Assembly: GCA_976226885.1 (NCBI GenBank)
Contig: OZ320318.1
Location: 86,366,001-86,430,000, forward strand
Source: Iphione sp. A-MEVVRFRX5
Taxonomy: Eukaryota
DNA length: 64,000 nt
Direction of reading: 5' to 3'
Positions 50,182 through 63,228 of the stretch are shown one piece after another (position 1 is the stretch's first letter; every line of letters starts with the position of its first letter). A program made the position numbers and the translations under genes. The notes beneath the pieces are model-generated. The model did not search any database. It saw only the letters and a list, made by a program, of their open reading frames with translations, and was not told the DNA's origin.

Positions 50182-53100
50182 TTAGTCCGGCTTCTCTTGA
50201 AGTATTAACCAACAGATGTCACAGTTTCTCAGTAAATAATCATGCCAATGCTTGCAAATGTGACACAACTTCCCATTTTGTCACACAGAGACCGAGACAC
50301 GAATCTTTGCCTTCAGCTCCCACCCCCCTAGGCTGTCAGCAGCCATTGTCCAGCGCCATCTCTCGGTCGCCAGACATACTACGACTGCCTTTAGACAAGA
50401 TCTATCAGCGCAAGACATGGACAGGTCCTTTGGTTGGATGCAGCTACGAGGGCCAGCAGACAAGTGCCGTGATTATCATATTGCATGAGACGATGTTTTG
50501 ACTTGAGCTTCCCCACCCCCATCCCCCTGCCCCCCCCCCCCCAAGCGGCCAGCTCCAGCTCACATCCCCAGGGCAATCTCTCTGTAGCCACGCATACTGC
50601 TATCGCTTGAAGACAGCATCTGTAAATGCATAATGTGAGCAAGACCTTTCGTGGTGGAGGTGGTGGTGGCCCCCAGACAAGTGCCTTGATCATCCTCGTC
50701 CTTCGTCGCTCAGAGAACATATCTACTCGCCCCAGAGGGTTGAAGTAAAGGCGGTGTTTTTTTTTTGTTGTTTTTTTTTTGGGGGGGGGGGGTCCGAGTT
50801 CAGAACTACTCAACATCAGTGTTTCTGTGTGTGTGTGTGTGTGTGCTTGTGAAAGCATAATAATGTGTGTAAACCCCCATTTGTGTGTTCTGTGTAATCC
50901 ATTCAATATATAAGGATCTTTTATGTTCCCCATACAGCTTGTAGTAGGTGGTAAGTAAGAGTTGAATTTGAGTCTCTTTACAAGACGGCTAGAGGTGGGA
51001 GGTCACTAAGATAGAGGAACATTTATGTAGTTCCCATGCAGCATTTGGTAGGGGGATAGGAAAAGCTGAATTAAGGGTTAAACACGAAGTTAGAAATGCT
51101 ATGATATGACAGCCAGCCTTCTAAAAGAGCTGCACAATGCCAATCAACCCCTGGTAGAACTGGTAGTAACCATACACATTGCACCGGGGGACTATCATCA
51201 TGTCATACACCCAAAGTCAGTTATCCATATATATCCAAATACAGAAATAACAGTGACTAGGGATAGTGAAATACCTGTATGATAAGAGAGAGACTTACAA
51301 CTAGGGAAGTGTTTACACAGTAACACTTCTGTATAAGGAGGGGAATTCATGTCAGAATGGATTGGTGGTTAGCGACAGCCAACTGTATCTTTGCGAGGCC
51401 TTAAATTAAATGTAGAAGTTAGGTTTATGCCAGAGCATGATCTGTAAGCTTTCATCTGGTGATACAAAGGTTAACATGGGCGGTAGCCTCTCGACATTTT
51501 CTTAAACCAAAGTAGAAGATTTTACATTTAGACAGTATCGAATTGCACTCTCACACTTGTCTTCAGCAAGAACATTTATCCATTGCTCTTTTCGCCTGTA
51601 AGGTTCTTTTTTTCAATGCTTCATGGAATGTCATAAGACATCCTAATTATTACTCATTAAAAATATCTCATGAATTCACTGTTCATGTTTAATTTTATTT
51701 TTTTCCGAATTGGCTAACTTTCCTTGTGTTTCATCATTTACTGTACAATAAAAAAGTAGGGAAAGAAATCAGAACAGGTATAATTAATGAACTATTAGTC
51801 CTTCACATTCTATCAAGGAGAAAGTATATTTGAAAGGGGAACATGTTGAGTTAAACAGTAAATGTGATCGTGTGGTTTGTAAATGTTACGACAACGTTCC
51901 ATGGAATTGAAGCTTTTGACTACTTTATGGTGAACCGTTTCCCTTATAGTGACATTTCCAAATCTTATTCAGTCACCTTGAGATTTCTCACAGATTTAAA
52001 TGAATGTAGCCATTGTCTTACATGTATTGTTTTCATGATTTTACATCACTTAAACAATCGGAATTAGTTTGCTTTATATAAATCGATTCTGAATATGGAA
52101 AGGTGAAAAGTAAAATGTGTTTATCTCTCTATTAATAATTTGTAGAGTTACGGTTTCTGTTCCAGCTATAGATTCTTTGCCATTTCACTGTTTCCGGTTT
52201 AGTTTTTTCAATTATTTACAAGGTGATTTCGATTTCAGTTAGTGTCATTCAGTATGACATGCCTATATTTATATGCGACACGTCTGCATTGTTCACAACT
52301 TTGCTCTAATTACATTTCAGATAAGGATGTATACACTTGACGAAAACAGACATCAGGCGTCATTTAACAAATGGCCTTTATTTCAGCCAATATCACTCAA
52401 TTCAGGAGGATATTCAGAAGTAGAAAGAGGACTAGTTAGGTCAGATAGTGTCTGGCTCATTTCTATCTGTTGAGAAAAGAGAAGAATCCAGGTATAATTG
52501 TAACACAGTACTGGTAATAGAAAATGTATTGTTAAAATTAACAATCTAAAAGTTCAGTGTTGTATAGTGTACAGATAGAAGCATTTGAAGTAAAGCATTA
52601 TATGAAGTACTGCTAAGTGTGCAAACAACTTTTTCATCTTAGTACTCTTCTTCTCAGAAGCAGCATGTGCCAGAAACTGTTCTTGTAAAACATTGTAAAG
52701 CCATGTATTTCATGTTGAGTTAGCAGTGAACAATATAATTGTTATCAGTGAGCTCTTACAACACCCTGTATGGTGGATGCTTGTGACGTCATGATATCTA
52801 AGACCTAAGGTATCTATTGTGTAGTTGATGTTTAATTAATGACTATGTCTGGTTAATGCAATGTGTTGCATAATTGTATCTTGAGGAATTGAGTATATAG
52901 GAGAGTTGTTTTGATGCTCTCATCAGACTCACCTACCACTGCTGCAGAAGAATAAAAGGCTCATATCGAACCTACTGGTGTGGTGTGCACTTTGTGTTAC
53001 AGAATGTATTCAGTCAATAAGGCAAGGCTTCTTATTTTCCTCTTCTTCCAGTTTTGTGCTTGACGACAAGGCATTTTGTTTTCGTAGTCATCGTTTTTAT

Positions 53101-54861
53101 GAGTGGTGCCTTGCTTTTTCTTCTCCTCTACTTCATCTGTGATTTCCCCCTTTGATTATGTTTTCACTCTTTTTTCCATCCTGTTTTACCTGACGTTCTT
53201 TTTTCAAGCTTTTATCAGAAATTTTATATCTTTGCGAATCACACAGGGGATTACTTTCGTTTTTAATGATTCTCTATGTTTTTCCCCATGAAGGTCAAGA
53301 ATGATATAACTTGTTATTCTTCTTGATTTAGCTGTTGTGTTGTGTTATCCAATTCTCGTTAAATATTCTCAGCTGGTTACTTTAAATTTGTATTTTTTTC
53401 TAATTTAGAAGGTGCCATTTTGTAGGTTTGTCTTTATGTATGTTTTAGTGAGCATGATTATGCACCTCTCGAATGCAAAGAAATACATTTTTAACATGAA
53501 CAACAGCTATGTCCAAATCCTGTATTACTTCGTTTGTTATTCTTGTTCACTTTGTCCCATTTACAGAATGCGAATGTTTTCCCTGATGTTTTCCAAAATA
53601 TTTTATTCTCACGTGTCATAGTCGGCAGAAATTGTATACGACTACTCGATCGGTTTACAATATAGATACATGTATACCTACATTGTAGTGTACCTTACCG
53701 GGAAAATGTAAACTCTGGCTTGAAATGTTTAAATGTTTAGAAGGCCTTTTGGCGATAAAGGAGTCTCTGTGTAACCAAACAAGGAAATCTGGAACAGTGC
53801 TGTGAATTAGATATCGTTAATACTGTGTGGACACAGCTGTCATCAGTGTGTGTAACCAATCCAGAGTGGTATACCCTCAGATTCCAGGCGAGAAAGGGGG
53901 TAGGTTGCCTGTGCAAGATCGACTTTGCGCATAAAGAACTGGATGTAGTGCAGTCTAAAGGACTTAGCAGTGTTCATGGACTACCTATACGAGGCGGCCG
54001 CACCTTCAGGTGGTGCGAATACTGCACACATACACACATACACACATACACACACACGCGTACGGCTATATGATAGAGTAGCCATATGGCCGTGGGTGTT
54101 AAGGGAGCGATGCCCATAACATCCCAGCCGACTGCCATAGAAAGCCTTACAGCTCCCCGGACTCAACGTTGCTGTGCATGGTCCCCTTTTCCCTTGGCCC
54201 GGTAATGCCTTGTGTCCCACCTCCAGCCGTAAAGGATGAGATATGAACCTCTTAAAGGTAACCTGACATATAGCGAGACCCATAAAGACCTCTGTATATC
54301 GACTCCAGCTCACACATTCCCTTCACGGCGAGGCAACCACCCCCACCCCACCCACCCATCCACCAGCCCCCCACCCCCACCCTACCTACTCCGACCATGC
54401 CTTGGTAAGCGTTACCTATAGACTTGGTGTGTGTCTTAAGTGCTCGTGGAGTTTGGGGCCAGTGATTTACTCCAGGCTGCCGATCTGCATTTTTACGTGT
54501 CCGTCGCCAAGACGCGGACGGGGACCGGCCGGGGAGGTGGGGGGGGGGGGGTAGTTAATATGATATGTAGCGCAGTCCGGGGAATAGCCTATATGGCTAC
54601 CTCCTCAAGATCCTACAGCATACGCTATAAGAGCAATAGATCACAGACCGCTACGGCTCGAGCAGCTCAAGGGCTGAGATTAGGATGGGTACTTTTCGGC
54701 ACTTTTCACGTCGTTTGCATGCAATTTTCAAAGACTTGCTTTGATGTGATGCTGGACGCTGACGAAGTTTCACTCATTTATCAATTCGGAATGTGTTCCA
54801 AGAAATCCCTATGGTAGTTTCCAGGAGAAGAGATGAGTAGATATGTGAACGTAAAATAGAA

Positions 54862-55208
54862 GGCCTAAAAACAAAAATTATCTGTGTTTCCAGTAACCCA
54901 ACCGAGCCGCATTTTGGTAACAATCTAAGTTTTATTTTTCTTTTGTTTTATGAATTACTTTGGAATGAATAACAATAGAGACATATGCAATACACCATTG
55001 TATTCCTTATGCCACTAGCTTTCATTTGGTATCAGATTAATCAAGATCCATGTATTGAGAATGGTAGGATATGGCTTGGAAACATACACAAGTTGTTTTT
55101 GAGATGTCGTAACAATGTAAAACAAATTAAAATTTAAAAAAAAAACACTTCATTACCAACCCTATATGTTTCCAGTATGTTGCCAGAAACACAGATTTCT
55201 TTGAGGCC
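54862..55208. mobile_element. MITE (GGCC-ended, Harbinger-like), 347 bp
   Basis: Left GGCCTAAAAACAAAAATTATCTGTGTTTC; right GAAACACAGATTTCTTTGAGGCC followed by TAA. The left flank GAA is an imperfect TSD. Confidence 0.6.
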
Positions 55209-55528
55209 TAATGTATATTTTATCGTGTTATGTCAAATATTGGAGTTTTCCTAAAATCCAACAGGTGTTTCTTGACAGAATGTGGTCAAGCAATCCTACA
55301 TTGTCAATAAGAGTGGAAATATCTGTTTGAAGGGATAAAACCAAAATACCAAATCTTCACAAATCTGATTATACTCAAAGAGGGATTGACCTCCGTAATC
55401 TAGACAGAGAGCTACAAATTCTATGGGAAGTTGTTCTCATACCTGTAGAGGTACTTTCTAATATCTCAGTCTTGTGACCTGCTGTTTTCTTCATTCTATC
55501 AAACTTTCCCTTATCAATGAAGCAAATT

Positions 55529-55700
55529 GGGTGGGGAGTTTAGTTGGTGGAGCACTGGTCCAGTGATTGAGATGTCACAGGTTAAATCCCAGGCCTGGGA
55601 CTCTCGATAATGACCAGATAAATTTAATGTAGCCCCAACCCAGAGTGGTCCACAACTCATAAAAGGGTCATTGGTGTATAGGATTCTGTCCCCTGTGCAC
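55529..55700 (+). mobile_element. Degenerate tRNA-derived SINE head
   Basis: A-box-like TAGTTGGTGGAGCAC and B-box-like GGTTAAATCCC about 30 nt apart; the downstream AACCCAGAGTGGT resembles AATCCAGAGTGGT at ~53857. Confidence 0.35.
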
Positions 55701-58700
55701 AAAAAGAAACCCATTCAAAACAAGAGTAGTGGACAACCTCGGGTATGCTAGTCTCTCAATTCTCAATGTAGATGGTAGTATGCTACACCAGGAGGATATA
55801 GATGAGCCCTGTCCTGATGATAAATGAATATATTCCTGGTTAAAGATGAAATAAAATGGCACTGGTGAAACTGTCAATGACATAGTTTCTCTTGTCGGTG
55901 ACTAGGTGTGCACATAAATCTCTGTTTTTAAACAAAGATTGATTTTTTTCTGAGGTGGTCAGTTCCATTACATATGTCTTGATGATCTTATGATCATATT
56001 GTCATATTCATTTCGATTTGGTTTGACCACATTCAATTCGTACCAGGTTATTCCCATGCACTAGTAGGTATACCTTTTCAGACTGATACAATAAAACCAG
56101 CAAATCTAAGGTAACATATGGAAAGCTACTAGTTACAGCATGCCTTATGACCTAATAGTAGATATGGGAAAATATGAACACTTAGATTTATGAAGGTGAC
56201 AAGCAGGTTTGCTGTAATTATACTCAGGATATTCGGAATGTCGAATACTCAGTCTGTTATTATACCTGGAACGGTCGATGCAAACATCGAAATGTTTTTC
56301 CTTTAAAAAAGAGTTTGAACTTCAAAACCCTCTTCTTGCGGCTGTTTTCAAAGGGATGGGAGGTCTTCGTTCTATTGATTATGGTTAAGCTGGCTTCATG
56401 CCAATGTGTACACAAGGATCTTAGCGAAATTTCTGTCTAACCTTCGAGAGACTACAGCTCTAATTTGTGTAGCCAGTAGTAGGCATAGAGAGGTATAAGT
56501 TTTTTACTTTTCTAATTAGACATCTCTGTTTTCCAAAGGATTGTATACTCATTAATTTTCTTGTGCTATTTGTAGATAAGAACAAAGAATAAAATCTATT
56601 TGTTCCTGGCAACTACGAAAGTCCTAGTGTAATTAGCATTCTGAGATGTCTATGTCCACGAATCTTTCTACCTTAAAGAACAATATAATTTGCATCTCTA
56701 CTGCATTACTGTCATATCGTACGCGATATCGTCAGAAAATACAGAGTAGTCATGAAAACATGTGATTTACTCATCCTTAAACGAGACAAAAAAATACTAC
56801 TTGCAAGTAATAATCCAACACTCAGACTATGTCAACATTTCACTCGGCCGACAGAAAAGTTAACAGCAAACCCAATCCGCCGACTTGGATTTTTGAAGAG
56901 TGTGTTCGTCAAAACAGGCGCAAAGTCGCAAAACCGGAATTCGAGCCGGTCGGCTGCATGCAGCATTGACTGATTGTTGCTAAAGCTGCAGCCAGCAGCC
57001 GCCGGTCCCTCTGGGAAGCCGTTCTTCATTAGTGCGGCTGTGTTTCCCTTCGCCACAGCCGAAGAAGGATTCCCGCAACCCGTCTGCAGCTCGTCTCACC
57101 CGCCTGCCGCATACATATTACATCTATTAGCAAATTAAAGGCCTTTGACTCTCCGCGTCAGCCCAAAGGGAGCATCTCATATTTGACGGGAGGAGGAGAT
57201 ACATGTTTATCTAATGGCAAGGATATTGGATGACACAGAGTTAATGCTGTTATTGCTTGTTTTGTCACATTGAGAAGTGTTTTTGTTTGTTTGTGTGTGT
57301 GTGTGTCGCCATCTTTATGAAATTAGTCGTTAGGTATTTTCTCCCTTCCTTATATGTGTCCAAGGCTATTGTTAAAGCATCGGTGAAAGTTATGTACTTG
57401 TAGTTGTATCATTGGCCGTCTTCATGTCCACCACTTGAACACAGACAACAAAGTCATTTTCCCCGTCAGTATAAACGCTACTGATAAAAGCTGAACGGCT
57501 TGAAGAAAGCGGTGATTTTTGTGTATAGATCACACGCAATAATGAAGTTGTGAAAGACAAAGTATGTAGTATTTATGAAAGTTTTATTCAGATGTTTATA
57601 ATAATTACCGAGACTGAAAAAAAACAAACCTAATGCTTAAACTGCGCATGGAAGTCTGAATCAACGTGTTTTTTTTTTACAATGCTCTTCACGTTGGTTT
57701 CTTCGTTCATTGGTGAGTTCGGCCATTGGCACGGCCCCGGCGGAATAATCACATTAAGCAGGGAAACTTTAAAGAGCTCATTTCCATGATCTTCCAACCC
57801 AAATTATGGAATTGTATTGAACGCTAAAAACTATAATTAAAAGCTTCGTTCATTCCAAATGTCTTTCATTGGCTTTCAAAAGCAAAAACTGAAATATTGT
57901 GCTGATTATGGAACCATTTGACCTACTCCTCCTTCAAACTTTCTGTCTGTTTCCCTTTTCTCTTTCCGCCCAGTGCAATTGATTTACTTTTTTTACGAAA
58001 ACCTCGGCTGGGTTTTGCGCATGGCTTCGACTATTTTTACCCAAAACTTCACTCTGCAATTTGCACTGTACCTCCCTGCAATTAATCACGCGACTTTTCT
58101 TTCTTTTTTTCAATTCTCGTGAAAATGTTCAGATGTGACCAATTCAGATCATAAATATAGCTCCCTTGATGGCCGCGTTTCCCTTTTAATGATCCTTTCA
58201 TCATAATAAGTACTTCCTCGCCAATGATTAACAGGGACTTTAACTATTAATAATCATTACAAGTGTAAACTGCCACAATGCGCAACATAGCCTGAGAACC
58301 CGGTGCGCATGCGTATCGACTCTCTGTGAAATGTCTGCAAGCAGATACTGAAGAAAGGATGGAGAGAAGCACCTGAAGACAATGTCCTCTGGAAGACTAT
58401 TTTTTTTATCTTAGTTGGAAAATAGCAATTTTGAATACTCAGGACCGGATACCATCAATTATTAATAGTTTTGTTATCATCACAACTCTTTCCCTCCTGT
58501 CTGGCATTTTATTTACTTTCTCTTATTACCAACATGACTTTAAAAGGGGGATTACGTTTTTCGGTGGCATTTTTTCTTTTTTTATTCTTTTTTTACAGTC
58601 GAGAGCGATTCGGTGCGTGCCATGGGCTGCACTGACCATCTTCTTGGCTTGCGGCCGCCGACCGCGAGATAAGTTCAACTCCAACAGCTAGGGCTAAAAG

Positions 58701-59177
58701 CCGCGCAGGTGTAAACACAACAAACATTGTTAAATGATCATAAATTAAAGTTTCATTCTGAGAGAGGGATGACTAGGGGGGAGAGTAAGTAAGAGCTGGG
58801 CTGTCTGTGTTTCTTAATGTTGGGTCGTGGCAGGGGGGATGGGGGGTAGAGGGGGGTGATTTTTTTTTAAAAGCCGGCTGGTTGAGCGGACGGTTGCGTG
58901 ACTCGACGGGGGCATGTTGGGAGTTGAGCCTTGTTGGCGAGGGTGGGGGCCCTCCAGGGGATAGATAGTATGGGCAGTGGGTGGTGGCAGCCGGTGGTGG
59001 TGGGTGAAGCAGGCTCCCAGTAGAACCTCACATGCACAGACGGCTCAAGTGAGCAGCTCAGTCTAAAGAAGGTTCCAGCACTGAGAAATGTCCGCACTAC
59101 TGCTCACACACCTTTATTGCTCTTCACTCCGTGATGAAAGCCTGGGGGGCCCTTATGGAAATCATATTCGGGACTTG

Positions 59178-59375
59178 NNNNNNNNNNNNNNNNNNNNNNN
59201 NNNNNNNNNNNNNNNNNNNNNNNNNNNNNNNNNNNNNNNNNNNNNNNNNNNNNNNNNNNNNNNNNNNNNNNNNNNNNNNNNNNNNNNNNNNNNNNNNNNN
59301 NNNNNNNNNNNNNNNNNNNNNNNNNNNNNNNNNNNNNNNNNNNNNNNNNNNNNNNNNNNNNNNNNNNNNNNNNNN
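59178..59375. other. Assembly gap (N run)
   Basis: N run. Confidence 0.99.
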
Positions 59376-61099
59376 AAAGTCTGCCTTAGACTACGAGAAG
59401 TCTTCAAACATTAAATCGCACTTAAGAACCTAAGGCCTCATTCCAGAGCTTCAAGCCGCGACTTGTCTGAGGTCGTCTCTTTGAACGACTGAAGTTGGGA
59501 TGATTTATCAGGTCCGTAATTGTCTGGCGGGAGGGGGGATGTCCCTTGGGGGGTTCCCCCCCACCAAAGCAATCGAGTTTTATAATGAAATTGGGTGTCT
59601 GTGCTTCAAATTACCCGCTCTCTCAATAGTAGATAGCCATACAGAAATATGATAAATGTATTAATACAATGTCAACATAATCATTCAAAGAGTCAATTTT
59701 ACATACTGAAGTGTTCCGTTTGAACACAAAAAATAGCCACCACGCCACCCAAACACACACTCACACGTCTAGCCGGAGCTATATCTTAGATCTCTTAACG
59801 TCTATGGACGAGTCATGTACTCCAAAATAATAATATAGAATTCGACAACTGTACAGCTGATATATTTTCAGCGTTTCCAACGAAGGGAAGATTCTACGTG
59901 TAAATATTTGAAACCCTATAAAATGTTTACTGCATGTATAATCACTCTTTTTTCGGTAGGCACGTGTATTTATGATGAGTAAATTGATAAACCATTTTAT
60001 TCCAACTGTAAAAGAGTGAATCTAGATGTTAGGCTAAATACCTATACCCCTCTCATAACTCTACATTTATGAAAACAAAATGGAGAATTATCTGTCTGAT
60101 CAAACTTGGGTCGACATTTTCCCCATTATATTTCCATGTGCCTGTGTATCTTGAAGCATATTTTAGCACGGAGAGGTACCATGAAAATTTGACGCTGTGT
60201 CAAATCTCCGAAGTCAGTCAAATAGTAATAGAATCAGCATGGAGCATTGTATCACCCCAGTAGATTAGCATAGTTCCCATTCCAACACATGTATCATATA
60301 CAGCCATGGAAACATAGTGGAATGGGACATGTTCCAGTCTGAAAACATGCTTCACAGAGACGTTCAACACACTACATAATAGATGTGCAGAAGGATACAC
60401 TTCCTGGTTATAATCATGGTCCCCAATGTATACAAAGAAAATATGGCAGCATGGCCACAAAAACACTTCCACGTGGAAGTTCAGCCTTACAGAGCAGTGA
60501 GATTCTGGCACTTAATTACAGATGGAAGAATGCACATCATCTGCGGTGGGGGTGGGTGGGGACTTGTAAATAATCTAGGAGGATTTCCTACAATGATGGA
60601 TGGTGTCATATAAATGCTGGGATGCCGGGTTATCCTTTTGAGTATGAATTCCAAGCATCGCGCACGCTGTATTAAAATTCCACACTGAACCCCACTTTAT
60701 CATCCCTACCACCATTGACATTCAATACCGCTTTCACTTGACTCTATGGGGTCAACCCTTGTTCTGTGGCGTGTAAACATCGTTCCGATTATATGACCAT
60801 ATCTTTTGCTGAACGAATGATAACCTACAAATAAAATAGATGTAAATAAAAGATATGCATAAATAAAACCTATAGATGTCAGACAATTCTCATTTAAGAC
60901 TTAATTAACATGCACTAATGTATTTCTTGTCTGGCCTTTCTAGGCCTCAGTTTCCATCTATCTATTTCTATCTATTTTGAACCACGGCAGTATTTCCACG
61001 TACCTATCTTTCTGAAGGCAAAACGTGGACCATGTATGAGATTGGAACAAGTCCCACGGCGCATATATATATATATGCGCATATATATATGCGTATATA

Positions 61100-61687
61100 T
61101 ATATGCTTAGATGACATTTGCTCCTTGAATTCTTCACATAAAATAAAGTTGTAATTATTACAAAAATAGGCTGTATCACAATCATCGTCAACTATTTTGA
61201 AACCTTCTGATACACCATACCATAGCAATAACATCTCATCAGCCACCAGGTCAGAGTTACTCAAGGGCCATGCCCATCTGCAAGGCTTCAAACTACATCT
61301 AACACCGTCTAGGAAAAATACACATTCACAAGTACATCTGATGCAAGACAGACCAATAGGAATCACTGATCCCCTCTTTGGGGATTTAATGCATACGATA
61401 ATATCCTCATTGTCACTGGTATCAGCTACTACCAAGTCCCCAAGTGGAGAAACACAAATGTCATCACGACACCTTGACCGCTCGGCCACATGCTCTGCTA
61501 CGTCATTGACAGTCCTGACATCCTTGCGAGTCATCTCCTCAGTAAACATGCCAATTTCTTTTGAGGCAGAATCATCCAAGTCATTCTCTTCAATCTCATC
61601 TGAGGAGAGCACAAATTTATCAGGCTTTTCAATTACAGAAACAGCTCTAAACTGAGGGAACAACTTGTCAATGCCTCCTTTACACCG
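61100..61687 (-). pseudogene. N-terminal part of DIRS/Ngaro pol ORF (truncated)
   Basis: Open frame (listed ORF 61004-61663) in the same frame as the Gag zinc fingers; motif LKPCRW...YGVSEGFKIVD...YFCNNY; runs into a (TA)n tract and unrelated DNA. Confidence 0.55.
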
Positions 61688-62544
61688 TCACTGTTGCTTT
61701 GATGTGCCTTTTGCTTTCTTTGACGTGTCGCCATCTGTCACTTTATTACCGAAGCACTCGAAAGCCTTGTGGCCAGCAGAAGAACAATTAAGACAAGCAT
61801 GACAATAGATGCAACTGCTGTCTGAACAGTCACCAGAATTATACTTGAAGCAATTCTATCCATCTTCTTGAGTTTCCTGTTGACCTTGCCTTTGGACACA
61901 CCATTTGTAGCATCAACCCCAAGATATTTATGAATTAATTCGGAGTCACCATAACAGAATGCACCGGTCCCCTTCTTGCTTGCCCGACGCCTCATCTCTG
62001 CATCATAACTGATCAGCGACTTCACATTGTAGACCCTTCTGGCCGCCTTTGTCGACACAAAGGACAGATGATCAATATAAGGAGACACATCCTTCCCCTT
62101 AGCCAGCAACTTCTTCATCAAGCCAAGGGAACCCACAACTAGCTGCTCGAAGCTACTCACTACATCTTCATCTGTGAACCTAGCGATATTGTATTTCTTC
62201 AAACGCTTACCATCATGTTTCTTGGCCAGCTTACTCTTCTTCATCAGCAGCTCTTTCTCATCTGCATCAGAATCGCTCGACGACAGTCCTTCCTCATCAT
62301 CTGAACTGCTACCTGAGCTTGACCTCAAAGCCGCTTTGCCTTTTCCCTTGGTGGTAGTCTTTCCAGCCATCATCAACTTGAACATGGACTCCATGTGAGA
62401 CAAACGAGCATCAATGCCTTTAAACGCAGAGTCTTCACCATTTTTCTGCTCAACATCCACATCCTCAGCCTTCTGGACCTCCTTGCAATTTTTCCCCACT
62501 GGAGGGGAATGATTAACGTGGCATTTTTTACAAAATTTGCCCAT
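61688..62544 (-). pseudogene. gag: DIRS/Ngaro-like Gag with a 1-nt frameshift before the C-terminal zinc fingers
   Basis: N-terminal FCKKCHVNHSPPVGKNC (Cx2Cx3Hx2Px4C); central YIDHLSFVSTKA...YDAEMRRRA; restoring one base near 61854 gives RICFKYNSGDCSDSSCIYCHACLNCSSAGHKAFEC, with stop at 61688-61690. Confidence 0.7.
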
Positions 62545-62700
62545 GACTAACGTACAGGGTCTTAACAGATCCAAAAATCAATGGCGAGTGTGGCGAATGT
62601 AACGTCACACATTCCATAGCATGTAGTATCTAAGCAACTAGTGGTTGCCTGGAGAATCAACAATCATATAATATCATAAATATACTACTTATATACATAT

Positions 62701-63135
62701 TGTAACGTAGGCATGTCATAAGAGCGTATAGTGCTAGAGAGAAGGTTGGTCCGTGAGAATAGTCCGTAACGGAATCCGCGATCCGGGAAAGGGTGCGATC
62801 CGTGATGACTTCCGGACCAATAGAGGTATTGCGTAGTAAAGGTATCTCACGGATTGTGATGCTGCGTAGTAAGGGTACTTCGCGGACTGTTTATTTGCTG
62901 CGCATAAGCCGGTGTCTAGACATCCTATTTTTAGCAACTCTTATGTAACACTGTCATATATAAACCCATGTTTTCTGGAATAAACAGACCCTTTCTCTTT
63001 GCATACACGAGAGAGACCATTCCATGCACAACGATTTAGTGTATATTGGAGTGAAACTTATATTCTACTTTTTCTTAAGATTATTTTTGCTCGATCCGTT
63101 GACTTCTCATTTCTCTCTACGCTAGTCACGTTACA
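62701..63135 (+). repeat. 5' LTR (435 bp)
   Basis: Inverted termini TGTAACGT...ACGTTACA; TATATAAA 62957-62964; AATAAA 62979-62984; PBS begins 3 nt after the end. Confidence 0.9.
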
Positions 63136-63138
63136 TTT

Positions 63139-63161
63139 TGGTGGCAGCGGTGGGATTCGAA
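63139..63161 (+). other. Primer-binding site complementary to the tRNA-Leu 3' end
   Basis: TGGTGGCAGCGGTGGGATTCGAA is the reverse complement of TTCGAATCCCACCGCTGCCA-CCA, the 3' end of metazoan tRNA-Leu(AAG/UAG) as I recall it. Confidence 0.88.
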
Positions 63162-63228
63162 AAGGAGAGAACAGATACACTTTTCGAGTTCCTGATAGCA
63201 GTAAGACGAAACTACGCCTAGATGAGTG

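Larger units (their letters stand above)
61100..62600 (-). mobile_element. Truncated DIRS/Ngaro-type tyrosine-recombinase retroelement fragment (gag plus N-terminus of pol ORF)
   Basis: Gag features below, followed by an ORF with CSLKPCRWA...LLWYGVSEGFKIVD...YFCNNY, which resembles the pre-RT region of DIRS/Ngaro-like elements. No RT core, RNase H or recombinase is visible after ~61100. Confidence 0.7.

Noticed and set aside
59125-59177. Hammerhead-ribozyme-like GTGATGA...GAAA (also CTGATGA near 55815)
   Set aside because: Core mismatch and no convincing stems I-III.
61197-62398. Plus-strand ORFs 61197-61655 and 62174-62398; also minus ORFs over the Gypsy gag
   Set aside because: Antisense shadows of the retroelement reading frames.
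63139-63161. tRNA gene
   Set aside because: Only the 3' 23 nt including the CCA complement, directly after an LTR; it is a primer-binding site.
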